Shown: piece after piece, positions 36,335 to 51,800 of the stretch
Layout: each line of letters starts with the position of its first letter
Position numbering within the stretch: the first letter of the stretch is position 1
Origin: Eledone cirrhosa
Taxonomy: Eukaryota
NCBI GenBank assembly: GCA_964016885.1
Contig: OZ024740.1
Span: 111,538,001-111,602,000 of the forward strand
Length of the DNA stretch: 64,000 nt
Direction of reading: 5' to 3'
Program-made: the position numbers and the translations under genes
The notes under the pieces: generated by a model
What the model was told of the DNA's origin: nothing
Seen by the model: the letters and a program-made list of their open reading frames with translations, nothing else
The model's database searches: none

Positions 36335-38327
36335 GTTTCCACTTTAGGCACAAGGCCAGCAATTAACCAGTGCATTACTGGTACTTTATTTTATCTACCC
36401 CGTAAGGATGAAAGGCAAATCAACCACCTCGGCGGGATTTGAACTCAGATCGTAAAGGGACGTAACTATGCTAGAAAGCATGGCGTCAGACCCTCTACCG
36501 ATACTGCCAATCTAGATGAAAAATGGCGTGCTGTGTTGTTTCAAATGTGATATACAAATTAAAATGAAGAATTAGAAATAGAAGCCAGGACTATCCATCA
36601 TCAGTGGTCTACTAGCCATCATAGGTATTTCTTCGCATTAAAGACCAGATACCTCAGGCTAGCGCGTACAATAACTAATATAAGTTATAGGGATAAAAAG
36701 AATTGGGTGGAGAAAGAGAGACAGGTAAATAAACACGAATGGCGAGACAACGTAAAGAGAGAAAAAAAGTTAAATTATAAAAATAATAAAAGTAAATTAT
36801 GATAAAGAATTGAAACATTACAAAACATTATTTTGCCACCATCTCTGCTTGCTTTGCTTTGCTTCAACTTTTGTTTGCCCTTTTTTTGTCATTATTTTTG
36901 AGTTCACCAATTGACTGACTGCTGCTGCTGTGTACTCGTGTTGTTGTTAATGCTGTTGTTGTGGGTGTGTTGGCAGACGATATGAAGACATCAAAGGATG
37001 CTGAAGAAATGACAAAGAAAAACAAACAATTTATGAAGTGGTGAGTGAATGCCAAAAGAGTGAGGAAACAGATGGAGAAGAAAAGTTGAAAAGAAAAGTA
37101 GAGTGGAGTCATTAAATTTCAACGAAATAATCAAGTTTCTTTGCCAAACAGTGTTGATTTTTCAAACATCATATGGAGATTTGAAAAAAGAGATGGAAAA
37201 TAAAATTAAAACTGTAATATAAATTAAATTAAATACAGTATAGTTCAAAAAGTTCTTATGAAAAGAAAGAACAAAAAAGACTTGTTTTTCTATTTAAAAT
37301 AGACCTGTTAGTAAAATCCAGGGAGTAGGGGGAAATAGTTCGACGTAGGCATGTAATATTGTTGAGTGAGAGTAAGAGGAGGCGAATAAAGATGAATGAA
37401 AGGGGGAGGTAAAAATTGTTTAAATAGATTTGAAGAATTTCAATAATAGTGTTGTGTTGGGGGTGAAATGGGAGGAAGGGAGATGTAGGGAAAAGCAGAG
37501 ACAGCAGAGAAAAATTTAATAAAATTGAATTGGGAATTAAAATGAGAGTAAATAATATACACATATATGCGCGCGTGTGTGTGAGTATACGCTCACAGAC
37601 ATACACACAAACTCGCACACACACACACACACACACATACACATATACATAGGGATGGATTGAGAGTGCATGTGTGTGTGAGAGAGGGAGTGTATGTGTA
37701 AAAACAATGAGAAGGAGAGAGATTTCACTTATTGGCCACAAGCGAAGAAGACGCTGGATATAGTTAGTACATAATGATAAAAATTCATAAAATAATAGTT
37801 TCTCATTTAGACACAAAGCCAACAATTTAGGTGAGGGGACAGTCGATTAAATCGACCCCAGTGTGTTATTGGTACTTTATTTTATAGGTCCCGTAAGGAT
37901 AAAAGGCAAAGTTAACCTCGGCAGGATTTGAAATCAGAACGTAAAGGGACGTAATTATATGGTGAAAAGCATGTTGCCCAACGTTGTACTGATACTGCAA
38001 ATCCAGTATTAATTGTTTCTACTTTTGGCACAAGGCCAGCAATTACCCAGTGTATTACTGGTGCTTTATTTTATCGACCCCCGTAAGATGAAACTTAACC
38101 TCTATGGAATTTGCACCCAGAACGTAAAGGGCCATAACTCTATGGTGCAAAGCATAGTGTCTGACGCTCTACCGATACTGACAATCCACTGCCAATAATA
38201 ATGTATAATATATCTTGCTAATTCTTTTACTTAATTGTTTGATGTTGTTTCAAAACATTTATTTACAGAACGAAACAAACAAGCAATAGCAATAACAAAA
38301 AACACATACCTATCCACAACTAACACA

Positions 38328-38377
<50 letters not shown>

Positions 38378-39635
38378 CTTTTTGTGTGTGTGTGTCTGTG
38401 TGTGTGTGTGGAATGGGGTCTTTGTGTGTGTTTTTGTGTCTGTGTGTGAGTGTGTGTGTGTGTCTGTATGTGCATACGCTTCTGATTCTTTAAATTTATT
38501 TTTAAAGATTTATAAAATAAAATGAAAAATTAAAGTAAAGTAGTTAAAATCAATATTGAATGAATTAACAATTGCAATTGGCATCTCTTTAGCCTCCTGG
38601 GTACATTCTCATTCCCTTTTACTCTCTTCCTCGATTCAGAATTTTAATTTCACTTTTAATTTATATTTAAAAAAAAAAAAATTATTTTTATTTTTATTCA
38701 TTTAATTTTGTATGTATTTATTCCGTTTTTTCCTTCATATCAGTGTTTGTCACTTTAATATCTTCTCCATATGTGCTCTCACTGTTGTTTGATCTTCATT
38801 TCTAAAGCATATAAAAATCTCTCTTGCTCTCTCTGAAACCACAATTCTTTGGGATACTCTTCATCTTTTGTTTATAGATTATCCCATGTCGTCATGTCTT
38901 TGACGATTCTTTAATTTCAAAATTTGGAGGAGGAGAATTACGTGAAACCAGTCTTAATTTCTATAATTTTGTCTATTTTCTTTATGCTTTATTTTATTTA
39001 CTTTATTTTATTTTATTTTATTTTTTGTTTTGTTTTCGTCTTTGCGTTTCTTGCTCTTGCTCATCAGAACTTTCTTTCTGCGTCAATCAGAAGTAATATT
39101 ATATTCATAAAGTATTAAGCATTGTTCAGATACTCGTTTTCTACCCACAAAAGTCACAAATAACAAACAAAAATAAAAATGTACAAATAAGTCGTAAACT
39201 GAAATTAACTCAGTAGCATCTTTCATCGATAAAAGGTAACTAGAGCGAGCCGGTTATTGGGTGTCAATAAACAAAGGCTTATCGATTATCACGAGAAAAG
39301 GGCATGTCGGGTGTCAAAACCATGCGTGTGTTGGGTGTCTATACCGAGGAATTTATTGGATAATTTGAAAATCAATCATAATATCGAGGGAAATGGAAAA
39401 AAATGAAAAAACAAAACATCAAGAAATTGGATAGACAAACACATAGATTGTAGCTATCTAGCTACATAGATTGCTAGGTAGCTAGCTAGATACATAGCAA
39501 GATTGGTAGATAGGAAAACAGCTAGCTAGATAAATAGAAGCAGATACATAGGTAATAAATATATTAAAATCGAATGTGGGAAAATGGAAAAGAGAAAACG
39601 TAAAGTTGATCACTACAGAAATATATATACATATA

Positions 39636-39708
<73 letters not shown>

Positions 39709-39824
39709 GGTGAGGGTGTGCGTGTTCGTGTCTGTGTGTATGTGTGCGTGTGCGTGCGTATGTAAGGGAATAGATTTTATAGAGATAGAAATATATGGCG
39801 AACCAAAAGATGAAGCAAAAACAA

Positions 39825-39902
<78 letters not shown>

Positions 39903-39911
39903 TTATACATG

Positions 39912-39965
<54 letters not shown>

Positions 39966-39981
39966 CATGTGTGTATATGTG

Positions 39982-40052
<71 letters not shown>

Positions 40053-40384
40053 AATTAGTATATCTACCAACATATATATATACAGATGTATACCTATGCA
40101 AGCAAATATATAGGTTTTGTCTTAGTAATTTTGTAGTTCAATGCAAGGGGATGCAGAACAATTATATGAAAAACGTAAAATAAGAAAATTATAGTAATTA
40201 GCTTACTTACTTAAATTTCACTCCAACTAATTAGTTTCTGAAAGGGAATATACATAGTCTCCAAATGGAAACCATGGAGAAACCTTTTCGTCATCAGGGA
40301 GTCATTCTCCGCTAAGATACCTGGCGATGTGCGGACACAGGGAACTTTACAAAAATATTCTTTTCCATCCACTGAATATTTTGT

Positions 40385-41375
40385 TTATTGACACCCAAAC
40401 TCAACACAAATATTAATTTTACAATGGAATACAGCCTTCAACAACTCCCCTTCCTCGACATCCTCATTAAGATTCGTAACAAAAAAATAGAAACAGACAT
40501 ATACTACAAGTCCACAGACTCCAAGCAATATCTTCCTTTCAATTCATGCCACCCTAGACACGTTAAAATTAATATTCCCTACAACTTAGCCTAGAGAATC
40601 TGTACTATAGTTTCCAATAAAAACACCTGTTACTTACGTCTACAAGAACTAAAGGACACACTCATAAGCAGGGACTACCCTACATCACTAATTGACAATT
40701 GAATCCAACGTGCCCTAAAACTCAGTACCCAGGACCTTAGACACCCGAAAGTTAATCAACCGAAACTAAAAGCTCTTCCATACATTTCCACACACAAACC
40801 CCTCAACAATGAGGCCTTTGACACCATCCTCCAGAACATCCCTGTTATTAAAAAAGGACCATATAATGAACCAAATCCTTCGAACACACGATATCATAAA
40901 GAGCAAAAGACAATTTAAGTCAATGAAAAACATCCAAACACATGCCAACCACAACAACGAAACCCACAGTAAAAAGATGCGGTAGACCCAACTGTGGTAT
41001 GCATCAACCTAATAGAGGGTTCGGAATTCTATTTCAAACAAGGACAACGCTTTATTGTAAAACACAATTTCACATGCGCATCAGAAAACCTATTATATGT
41101 ATTAACTTGCTCAGGTTGTCGAGAACAATACATAGGCCATAATAAAAACAGCCTCCACCAACGCATGACTGTCCATAGATCCCAAATAAAAATACGGGAA
41201 TAGAGAAAAATAGCACTGAGTGAACACATTGATACCTGTGCCGCCCAAAATCATCCCAACTTTAGAATTTTTCCCCTCTACAAATATAAAGATAATCCCA
41301 CCCACATCCAGCGCATCAGCAAGGAATCTCACTTTATTAACAAATACGGACCTCGTCTAAACACTTTTTCCTAAG
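40385..41375 (+). mobile_element. Decayed PLE fragment (RT thumb + GIY-YIG), Neptune/Poseidon-like
   Basis: INFTMEYS..LPFLDILI..TDIYYKSTDSKQYL..SCHP..IPYNLA and FTCASENLLYVLTCSGCREQYIG..LHQRMTVHR. Confidence 0.88.
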
Positions 41376-42467
41376 ACGAACCCACAACATATACACGTTG
41401 ACATACATACCTACATCAACATACATCCTACATAGATCTATCCACATATAAACACAATGACATACGTAAACACACATGTTCTATGGTGCAACACAAATAT
41501 ACACAAATTTTCATACTTTTTGATGTTTATAGATATACACGTGCCGACATTGCACATTGATGGGTGCATATATATTTGTACACAAGTATCCAATACGGCA
41601 GGGCCTAATAGATTCCCCTTGCAGTACGTACAATCTGGACTCACACACGCCTTGTTGTTATGACAATACTATACATGATTTCACCTCTTTTGTTATTGAT
41701 GTTATTGATGTTCTTTTGAAAGAAACGTTTTTGCAAATGACTGAAAATATCGAATAATGTACGCCATTTTTACCAGTACCACAAAAATACTGGTCCATCC
41801 ACACACACACACGCGCATGTTTCAACATGTTAAAATACCCCCCCCCCCACACACACACACACACTTCTCCGTATAAGACAAGAACTGAAAAATATGTTTC
41901 AACATGTTAAAATACCCCCACCCACCCCACACACACATTCCTACTGACCGATTCATTTCCATTATCACAACAATGAACCACTTTGCAACACACACACACA
42001 CACACATATTTGTCTTAATAGACACCTGAACTGTTAACATCTCAACATGACTGCAACTCAATCAAGTGGAAAAGGACACTCTTCGACAAACATACATTTG
42101 GCGCGAAACCAGTTCGCGCTAAAATCAATTTAAACATTCGCGTGACTTCCACCGACCAATCAAAATAGTTTTGACTACAATAATTTTGGCAATATGAATT
42201 GGCGCGAAATTTATAGTGCTTATTCACGTGGCATTCAACAACCAACCAAATTTTAATACCTTCCAAGCCACTTTTTCACATAAAACAGGAAGAATTTCCA
42301 AAACTGATCAGATTAGAGCAAAAAGCATGAGCATAAGAAATGCGCAACCGGTAAAAACTTAAAACTAAAACTGAATACTAACTAATACTTATTACTAATT
42401 TATACTTATTCCTAATTAAACTATTTTTCACTGGGAAAAATTTGTCAGCCTTTTCTTTTCCTTTTTA

Positions 42468-42504
<37 letters not shown>

Positions 42505-42510
<6 letters not shown>

Positions 42511-44066
42511 ATACTTGGGGAGGGTCCTATTTGCGTAATATTGCCAGAATTAATAACAGAACACACTCACTGTTTGGTTGGTTTTCGCTTCTCGCTGTCT
42601 TTTATATCTGCGATCTAACTTACTCGGTCCTCATTGTTGCCATTGACTGACCGACGGTCAAAAATAATACAGATACAATATAGACACAAACACATATATA
42701 TAGTTTAAATAATTTACATAAATCTTTCGTTGCACATCTGCAACATCGTCAGTGGTGTTATATTCTTTGTTCCTCCTGTTGTGTTGTATGTCTACGCCAT
42801 TTTTTATTCAGTCTGTCTATATATATATTTATTTATTTGCTTGTTTGTTTATCTTATTTTATTTTGTCTTCTTTGCGCATGCGTTTGCGTGTGTGTATAG
42901 TGTTATGTGTGCTGTGTGACTAGTGTGTATAGTGTTGTGGGTAGGTTCTTAAAAGGGTAGCTAACCAGTGTAGAAAGGCCCTGAGAAAGACCCACTTAAA
43001 AATAAAGGTGGTAGAAAAGCCAGGAACCACCATAAAATCCCTGATCAGCAAAACCTTCCCTTTTAAGAAAACCCACTGTACCAATAGGAAATGTATCATA
43101 TGTAAGGTGAACCCCCGGATAAACTGTAAAACTAGAAACGTAGTCTATAGCATAAGATGTACAGAGGGTACTTGCAGAAACATGACAACAACATACATAG
43201 GTGAGACAGCTCGTAGCATAGGTGAAAGGATAGACCAACACTGGGGAGAACTAAAAGGACGAAAAAACGGGTCAGTACTATACGAACATGCTTGACAACA
43301 ACATGACGGTAACATAGACAACATAGAAATTAGAATAATATCTAAACATAGGAATGACCCAGCAGATAGGCAAATCAGAGAGGCCAGTGAAATAGAAATT
43401 AGAAGACCAAAGCTAAACAGAAAGAATGAGTGGAACAACAACAACGCCCAAACAAACAACACTGACCTAAGAGAAGTATAAATAAGTAAATAAAATAAAA
43501 TAAAATAAGATAAATAAATACATACACAAGCACAATAACAACAAGCACATAAATACACACTAGACACCCAGCAGACACAACACTATACACACTAGTCACA
43601 CAGCACACATAACACTATACACACACGCAAACGCATGCGCAAAGAAGACAAAATAAAATAAGATAAACAAACAAGCAAATAAATAAATATATATATAGAC
43701 AGACTGAATAAAAAATGGCGTAGATATACAACACAACAGGAGGAACAAAGAATATAACACCACTGACGATGTTGCAGATGTGCAACGAAAGATTTATGTA
43801 AATTATGTAAACTATATATATGTGTTTTTGTCTATATTGTATCTGTATTATTTTTGACCGTCGGTCAGTCAATGGCAACATTGAGGACCGAGCACGTTAG
43901 ATCGCAGATATAAAAGACAGCGAGAAGCGAAAACCAACCAAACAGTGAGTGTGTTCTGTTATTAATTCTGGCAATATTACGCAAATATGACCCTCCCCAA
44001 GTATAACAATATCTCTTTCGACACACGATTTCATATAAAAAACCTCGCTAAACTAATTCATCGCCG

Positions 44067-44068
<2 letters not shown>
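42505..44068 (+). mobile_element. Truncated PLE family A (GIY-YIG + pLTR) with inverted pLTR at 42505-42940, in (TA)n
   Basis: 43008-43295 is nearly identical to the protein of 1008-1691. 42505-42935 is the reverse complement of about 43575-44010. Confidence 0.9.
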
Positions 44069-44132
<64 letters not shown>

Positions 44133-44769
44133 ATTACTAAAAATAGTATGAAGTTGTTGGATGACAGAGTAATATTTTTCAGATTACCCATAATTAAAAT
44201 AGCTGCTGTGACATCAGCTTTAATGATGTCAGAAACAATTTATAATGAGTTATGAATACGGTGACGATAACGGCGATAATGATAATAATATGCTAGGAAA
44301 CAATATGGCGATTGCATTAATAGCAAATGATAAAGTAAAAAAAAAATTAAATTTAGTAATAAAAAAATGAAATCATGCAAACTCACAAAACTGAGTTGCC
44401 TTTGATTATAAGAAATCAACTTTGTCGTCTTTGATTTTTGGCACTTTCTCCCAATGGCATCAGTTAAAGACAAGCAAGCATCTTCCGAATTCCTCGCTTT
44501 TATTTGGTAGTTATCAAAAGAAGAGATAGAAAGAAAAATAAGATATAATGATGAAATATAGTAATGTATTTTTTATTTTTATTTGTATTTTTTCTATTTT
44601 TCTTAATTATTTTCGACTATGTTTCAACGTCTATAATTATGTTCTTTCTTTCTTTTACAGACAATCTTCTTCTTCTTCTTCTTCTTCTTCTTCTTCTTCT
44701 TCTTCTTCTTCTTCTTCTTCTTCTTCTTCTTCTTCTTCTTCTTCTTCTTCTTCTTCTTCTTCTTCTTTC

Positions 44770-45040
44770 AAATTTATCATGGTATTAGAATGAAATAGTA
44801 TGGTAGAATATTAAATGTTAAGTGTTAACTGAACAAGTACTTTCATGCTTTCGCAATCTTCAGGTTCATAATATGTGGTGACAGTCAAGTTTGCAATTTT
44901 CAACAGTTGAAAATTGCAAACTTGACTGTCACCACAAATTATGAACCTGAAGATTGCGAAAGCATGAAAGTACTTGTTCAGTTAACACTTAACATTTAAT
45001 ATTCTACCATACTATTTCATTCTAATACCATTATAAATTT
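44770..45040. repeat. Near-perfect 271-bp palindrome (1-nt spacer at 44905) with an HHR in each arm
   Basis: ...ttttcaac-a-gttgaaaa... with about 135-bp arms and only a few mismatches. Confidence 0.92.
44942..44980 (+). ncRNA. Minimal type I hammerhead (inverted copy 44830-44868 -)
   Basis: tgaac-CTGAAGA-tTGCgaaaGCAt-GAAA-GTAC-TT-gttca: GNRA-capped stem II and palindromic stem III. Confidence 0.85.
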
Positions 45041-45140
45041 TAAAGGATTGTAAATAAAACGAGTAAATCAGACAAATTTGGAATTCCTTTTATTTATATA
45101 ATCTTCTATACACAATCATACACACCCGTGTATCTCTCTC

Positions 45141-45258
<118 letters not shown>

Positions 45259-45414
45259 AAGGAACATCATCAACACCATCATTTTCAACATCACCATCAA
45301 TACTAAAATACCACTACCTACCACCGCGACTATTCTGTCACTATAATCAGAGATAATAATAAAACACACACTACCAACAATACCAACAGAACCAAGGGAA
45401 TTTCAACATCAATC

Positions 45415-45625
45415 CATATATTAGCAGTGGAGACGTCTGGTTTCCTTGGCTCTAGGACCACCTCCTTACTCACCACCACGGGCACAGAGTTGGCTAAACA
45501 CATGTCTGAGCCTCGCGAGCTGGAATGGTTCTTATAACGAATCTCCCTCATCACCCTCCAGGGAAACATCTTCTCCATTCTGTCCACCGGGGCCTATCGG
45601 CAGCCAGCGCGTAGGCCCCCATTTG
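45415..45625 (+). mobile_element. 3' fragment of an RLE-type (CRE-like) non-LTR retrotransposon
   Basis: Translates LAVETSGFLGSRTTSLL..G.ELAKHMSEPRELEWFL*RISLITLQGNIFSIL, resembling the CRE C-terminal (A)VET.G..G ... QRLS..QRGNA motif. Confidence 0.6.
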
Positions 45626-46390
45626 CTTATAATAATTGTTTCTACTTTTGGCACAAAGCCAGCAATTACCCCAGATAACTACAGGTATTTTATTTTATCG
45701 ACCCCGTAAGGCTGAAAGGCACAGTTAACTGTGCCTTTCATCCTTACGGGGTCGATAAAATAAAATACCAGTAGTTATCTGGGGTAATTGCAGTGAGAGC
45801 GGGAATTTGATTCCATTGTGTACAGACATAACGTATATATATATGTATTTATTTACCATAGGAAGGTTTTATTTCCTTTGTTGTGTTGCCAAACAGTCTT
45901 GAAGAATACAGTTTTCTGGAGGTCGTCTGCTATTGTCAACGTTAACAAAATCCTCATTTTTGAAGTTGAAAATGAAAAGATATATCAAACATTTACATTA
46001 TGCACTGCTCCAGAGTGTTGTAATAGCATACCCTCTCCCTCCCTCCATCCCAGACACACACTGTAGTCTTGTTTTGTGTACACGAAAATCCCATTTTCTG
46101 GGTTCCAACAAGGAGGGGCTTCGTTGCTGAAAATAGCAGCCAAATCTCCTTCTAATCACACTCACAAACATCAAGAAGAAAAGTACAGAGTGAATAATTG
46201 TTCACTGGGTAGACAGGTATGAAAACAGACGCATACGCACACACACACCAAACACACACACACACACACACGCACACACATGTGTGCGTGTGTGTGTGTG
46301 TGTGTAAAAGGTAAACAGAAATAACAACACAATCGGTACAGTATATGGAAGGAATATATTAGGTTAACGCTTGAAATAGCAGGAAGAGGA

Positions 46391-46426
46391 TCTTAACGTT
46401 TCGGACGCTAGTCTTTCATCGGAAGA
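46391..46426 (-). ncRNA. Isolated minimal hammerhead motif (CCGATGA core)
   Basis: Reverse strand tctt-CCGATGA-aaGACtagcGTCc-GAAA-CG-TT-aaga. Confidence 0.55.
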
Positions 46427-47301
46427 AAGCATGAGAAATAAGATAGATTCAAGGGACGGGCGCGCCGACTTTGCTGTAAACAGACGTAAAGCACTCTACG
46501 ATTGGTATTCCTTAGGATTTTCTAGGTAAGATAGCAACCGGAGTTTCAATATTGTGAATAAGAGAGACGGTTTTATTCGTACATCTTTTTTTTTTTTACA
46601 TAATTCTATTATGTAATAGAAAGATGTATGAATAAAACCGTCTCTCTTATTTATTATATATATACATATTTAAACTGTCGGTAACGGTAATTTATAGATA
46701 ATTTTATTCCAGATAACCCCAAATAGATGAGATGGTCGTGTTTTGCATTCCACTGTATGGGGCTTTAAACTCCTCGTGTCTTCGACAATTCATCTTCTCC
46801 GAGGATGATCAGCCAATATCTCTCAGGAAAAAAATAAGAAAGAAAAAGAAATAGGCAAGAATCAACGGCAGTCGTGATCTGGTACTTTATTAATAGATCT
46901 CGAACAGTTGAAACACAATCTTAACTGGGCAGAATTTGATCTTAGAGCACAGCCGGAATGAATACCGCAATTTATTCCATCCGATGTTCAAACAACTCAA
47001 CCAATACCCAGTTTTCTAGCTTTATTATATCGTGTTGTACCCTGCAATAACACTCCACCTTTTCACCTTGCTTTATCGATTAATTTATTATTTGTCTGTG
47101 TGTGTGTCTGTGGCAGGGTTCCTTCTTTGATATGGCTGAGTTTCATTGCTCTGTCCCTCTCAATGGGATACTTTTTGTTCAAATAGTCTCCCCCCCCTTC
47201 TTTCCGCTCTCTTCTCTTCCTACACACATACACACACGCACACACGCACGCACTTACACTCACACACACACACGCACACACACACACACATATATATATA
47301 C

Positions 47302-47343
<42 letters not shown>

Positions 47344-47385
47344 GCATATGTATATATTTATAAATATATATATATATGCATATGT

Positions 47386-47480
<95 letters not shown>

Positions 47481-47484
47481 AATG

Positions 47485-47540
<56 letters not shown>

Positions 47541-47549
47541 TATATATAG

Positions 47550-47621
<72 letters not shown>

Positions 47622-48610
47622 GTGTGTGTTTATACATATTTATAATGAAAAAATAGCCATTATAAATTTAAGATTATTTTAGGAAGATAGCTAGATAGAA
47701 ACAGAGAGAATGATTTAAATATATATATATTCATGTTGCTGTCGTTATTTATTTTCTTATATCACTCTCCCTCTTTCTATCTGACTATCTTCCTACTTCT
47801 ATATATCTTTCTCTTTCATTTAATATCTCATTTTCTCTGTACTACACTCTCTATCGCTCTATCTATATCTCTCAATCCATGTTTTGCTCTTTCTCCCCAT
47901 CTCTATAATACTACCATCTTATCACCACCGCCACCACCACCACCACCACTCACTAATATGTCTCTCTATGTGTCTCTATATACATAGTACATACCTCAAT
48001 TTCTCGTTTCATCATTCATATATTCCTCTCAATCAAATACTCTTAACATTACCCCCACTATAAAAATCTCCACCGCCACCATTAATAACTCACTGTTTAT
48101 CTCTCACATTCCCACGCACAACAAACTACTCTCTCTATCACGCACTCTCCCTCCCCCTCTCCTTCCCCTTCTCTCTCTCTCTCTCCCCCTCTCTCCTTCC
48201 CCTTCTCTCTCTCCTTCCCTTTCCCTCTCTCTCAAACACACACACACTCTCTCCCTCTCTCTCCCTCTCTCCCACCCTCTTTCCTTCCCTCTATCTATAT
48301 CACACCGCCACAAACAATTCCCGCCGGTGTCTTTGATCTCTGCCTCGCTATTCGATATGAGTGTGTAATATATAATAAACCAACTGATGATGTGCGTGAT
48401 TCAAGCAGAATTCTAGCAAACATGTCTTTTTCTTTATTGTAATAAAGAAATCATTATTATTGCTGTTATTATTGTTGATGTTGCCGATGTTTAGTTATTG
48501 CTCACCTCACCCTACTACTCAATGTAAAACCCTTTATCTTTTATGGTTGTCTTCTTCATTTGATGACACCCTAGTGGCAAATAAAAGAAATCATCATCCT
48601 CAATATTGTT

Positions 48611-48641
<31 letters not shown>

Positions 48642-48952
48642 TTATTATTATTATCAAAAGAACTCTGTCCTATTGCGCGCAATAGATTGGATTATAAGAG
48701 ACCCTAAGATACAAAATATAAAGTTCAAAAGCTACGCCTGAACAAATCAGTATATTTATACAGTAAGGAAACTCACATACACATACACACACGTGTGCAC
48801 TTGAAGCAACAGTAAGGAAAAGCATATATGAAGCAATAGTGAGGAAAATATGAAATATATATATATATAGTGTCATCAAGTATGAAATTTGTAGAAATTT
48901 GTAGAAGAAAAAGAAATTTCTACAAATTTCATACTTGACGACCCAATATTTA

Positions 48953-49037
<85 letters not shown>

Positions 49038-49294
49038 ATGTGTGTGCGTGTAAACTAATATAATAACCAAAATATCAGCAACAGTAACATTACAAAGAAG
49101 ACCCAAAAAGAGAATTCATAAGAATAAGCAACAATTGCTAATAACCGATGTCAGCAAAGGTGAAGAAATAATGATGAATACTATATGTTATTTGTATTAG
49201 TTTTGTTATTACTATTGCTACTATTATCCTTTATTAATGTAGTTGCTATTTATTGTCCACTATATGTAGGCCCTTGTGGCCAATAAAGAAATTA

Positions 49295-49346
<52 letters not shown>

Positions 49347-49699
49347 GTACTTTTTGTACTTTTATGTACTTATTAGGTACTTTTTTTTTTTCATTGTTGA
49401 TATTTCAATTGGGTTTTGTTGATTTTTACACGACCACATAAAAAATCCAATGCCATCCCCGCACACAATCTCCTTTTGTATCTGATACGTGTGCCGTCAT
49501 AATTATCTTTGTGTCCCTTGTGACAAAAAGAGAAATGATTATTGTTATTATTATTATTGATGATGATGATGATGATGATGATGATGAGGAGGAGGAGGAG
49601 GAGGAGGAGTAGGAGGAGGAGGATGTTGATAAAGCTTGGTTATTACTCATCCTACCCTTTAACTTCCATGTAACTCCAACGCTGTTTCTCATTTTCCTC

Positions 49700-51800
49700 T
49701 GTGCTTCACTTTTGTACAGTTCTTAAACATCCCGGGCAATTGAAGCCTTATTTTGGCCTGAAAGGCCAGCCAGTTTTCCTCTGTCCGTTGGCTATGGCGA
49801 ACGAGATTGTGCGATGGAGAGGGCTGAAAACAATGAAGGACACATTCCTCTTCGGGCAAGCCCTCAACGACGTTTCAAAATCTTTAACACCGCTGTCACA
49901 TTCACAAGTACAATAAAATATATCTAATGCACAAAAACAACAACACTAGTCCGACATCATCACCACTACCAATAGCAAAAGCAGCTCAACCACCACTACT
50001 ACAGCACAAAAGCAATGATACAAATACTAGCAACGCTATAAACAACAAAAATAACACTAACGCAACACAAACACCAACAACAGCGACAACAATGAAAAAA
50101 GCAACAACACAATCGAAAACAGTGAAAAATGGATAACATGAACAACAGCAAAATAACAAAAATGTTTTCAATACGTCCATTAATACTGGAAAGCAAAAAC
50201 GCCGAATTGGCTCAAGCCAGAAAGATCATAAGATTTGAATGCGAGAAGGCAGCAGTAATTGTGTTACCCAAAATACTAGCAGAAAGGGCAGAATTAAAAC
50301 AAACGGTCTTCTAGTGAAGTGAGTTCCTACGGAACCGAGGAGCCTAACCTGCAAATATCCAAGTGGAGGTGGCCCTAAAAACGCAATGGCAGATGTGGCC
50401 CAGACAGTTTGCCAGCGTCGAGGTCCTCTTCAAAAACGAGGATCTCGCACGAAAACATTCGGTGGTCTCCCGTTGTAGTGAAGAGTTTGTACTATATCTG
50501 ACATACATCTCAAGGAGAACGATCAGGCTGAGATTATCGGTGAATTTTGGCCTATGTTGTCCTTGGGGAGCCGGACTCATTCCTTGAGGTCAAACGTATC
50601 GATAGACAAAGTTGGTTCTGAATAAACATAGAGATCCTGATTAAGATAAAGTCAAAACAGATAGAAAATATCCCGGACCTAATACTGTTGCACAACAGAG
50701 TGGAGCAGAAAATAATCATTGAAGGCAAAAATCAAGAATGCAATCTGTATGGAGCCACAAGCCTCCTAAGAGCCTCCTGTCCTCCGAATATAGGAGCCAT
50801 GGATTGTCGCTATTACCAGCATCGCGCCCTCAAGGGAAACAAGAAAAACAACGAAGGCTAGAATAACAATAAAACACCAACAACTTCACCAGTAGGTATA
50901 AAACTAACAAGATAAATAGCGGCGACATCAACAACAAAAACAGCTGAAACAACGACAGCATCAAGAACAACAGAAGAAGCACCACCAACCACAATACGAA
51001 CGCCTGTGAAACACATTCCCTTCCCTGGCCTCACCCAGTTGAACATGGGTTGAGACGAGCGTGAAGAATGGCAAGTCGTATGCTACAAGAACAATAAAGA
51101 AAAAAAAAGAAAAAGTTCCTCGCTTTTCCCCTAAAAAAAAAGCGAAAGAGAAAAAAGCTAAACCATGAGGCAACTATTGCCACACCCACAAAAACCTCAC
51201 CATTACCACAACCATCATCACTGCCATAGCAGACACGACAGACACCACCAACATACCGAACACAATCAAACCCACAATCACAACAAACACCAACCCAACA
51301 AAAAGAAGCAAACCGTACAAATCACACAGTCATAAACACAACCAACAATAAGCTAATGTACGACATAAAGCACAACACCACAATTACAGAAAACGACTAC
51401 ATCACCCCCCGAAACCCCGCACTACCCTCATATATACAGATAATATAAATCACACAACAGTAATACACTAAATTAAAACAAAAATTCCCTGATGCAGTTG
51501 AAGATTTCCGAGGGATGATCCCCAAAATAATTTGCAGTGATCAACCGTTCTTCCTCCACACGATTGAGGTAAGTGGTCCTTCTCACTTGTTTCTCATCTC
51601 CATTTAACAAGACCTTACTCAGGATAAGCAGAGTAAATGCATGTGTTCTGGTGTCGTCGTTGAAACGGGGTCACCAGCTCAACCACGCCAGGTCACTGAA
51701 CATATATGTGGTGACCATCAACGAGACCAGACTTTTCGATTCCCGGCTGCAAGTTTTGTCCTTGAGGAAGCCATTTTTGTCTCACTCTACACCAGTTCAC
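49700..51800 (+). mobile_element. Decayed Tx1/L1-like LINE 5' part (ORF1 relics and start of APE endonuclease)
   Basis: A-rich ORF1-like fragments at 50129-50800. RISRVNACVLVSSLKRGHQLNHARSLNIYVVTINETRL resembles the APE N-terminus (N..G..K...QET). Confidence 0.5.

Noticed and set aside
36000-36720. Diverged direct repeat (36003-36090 versus 36616-36700)
   Set aside because: Real similarity but short and old, with no structure or coding signal to interpret
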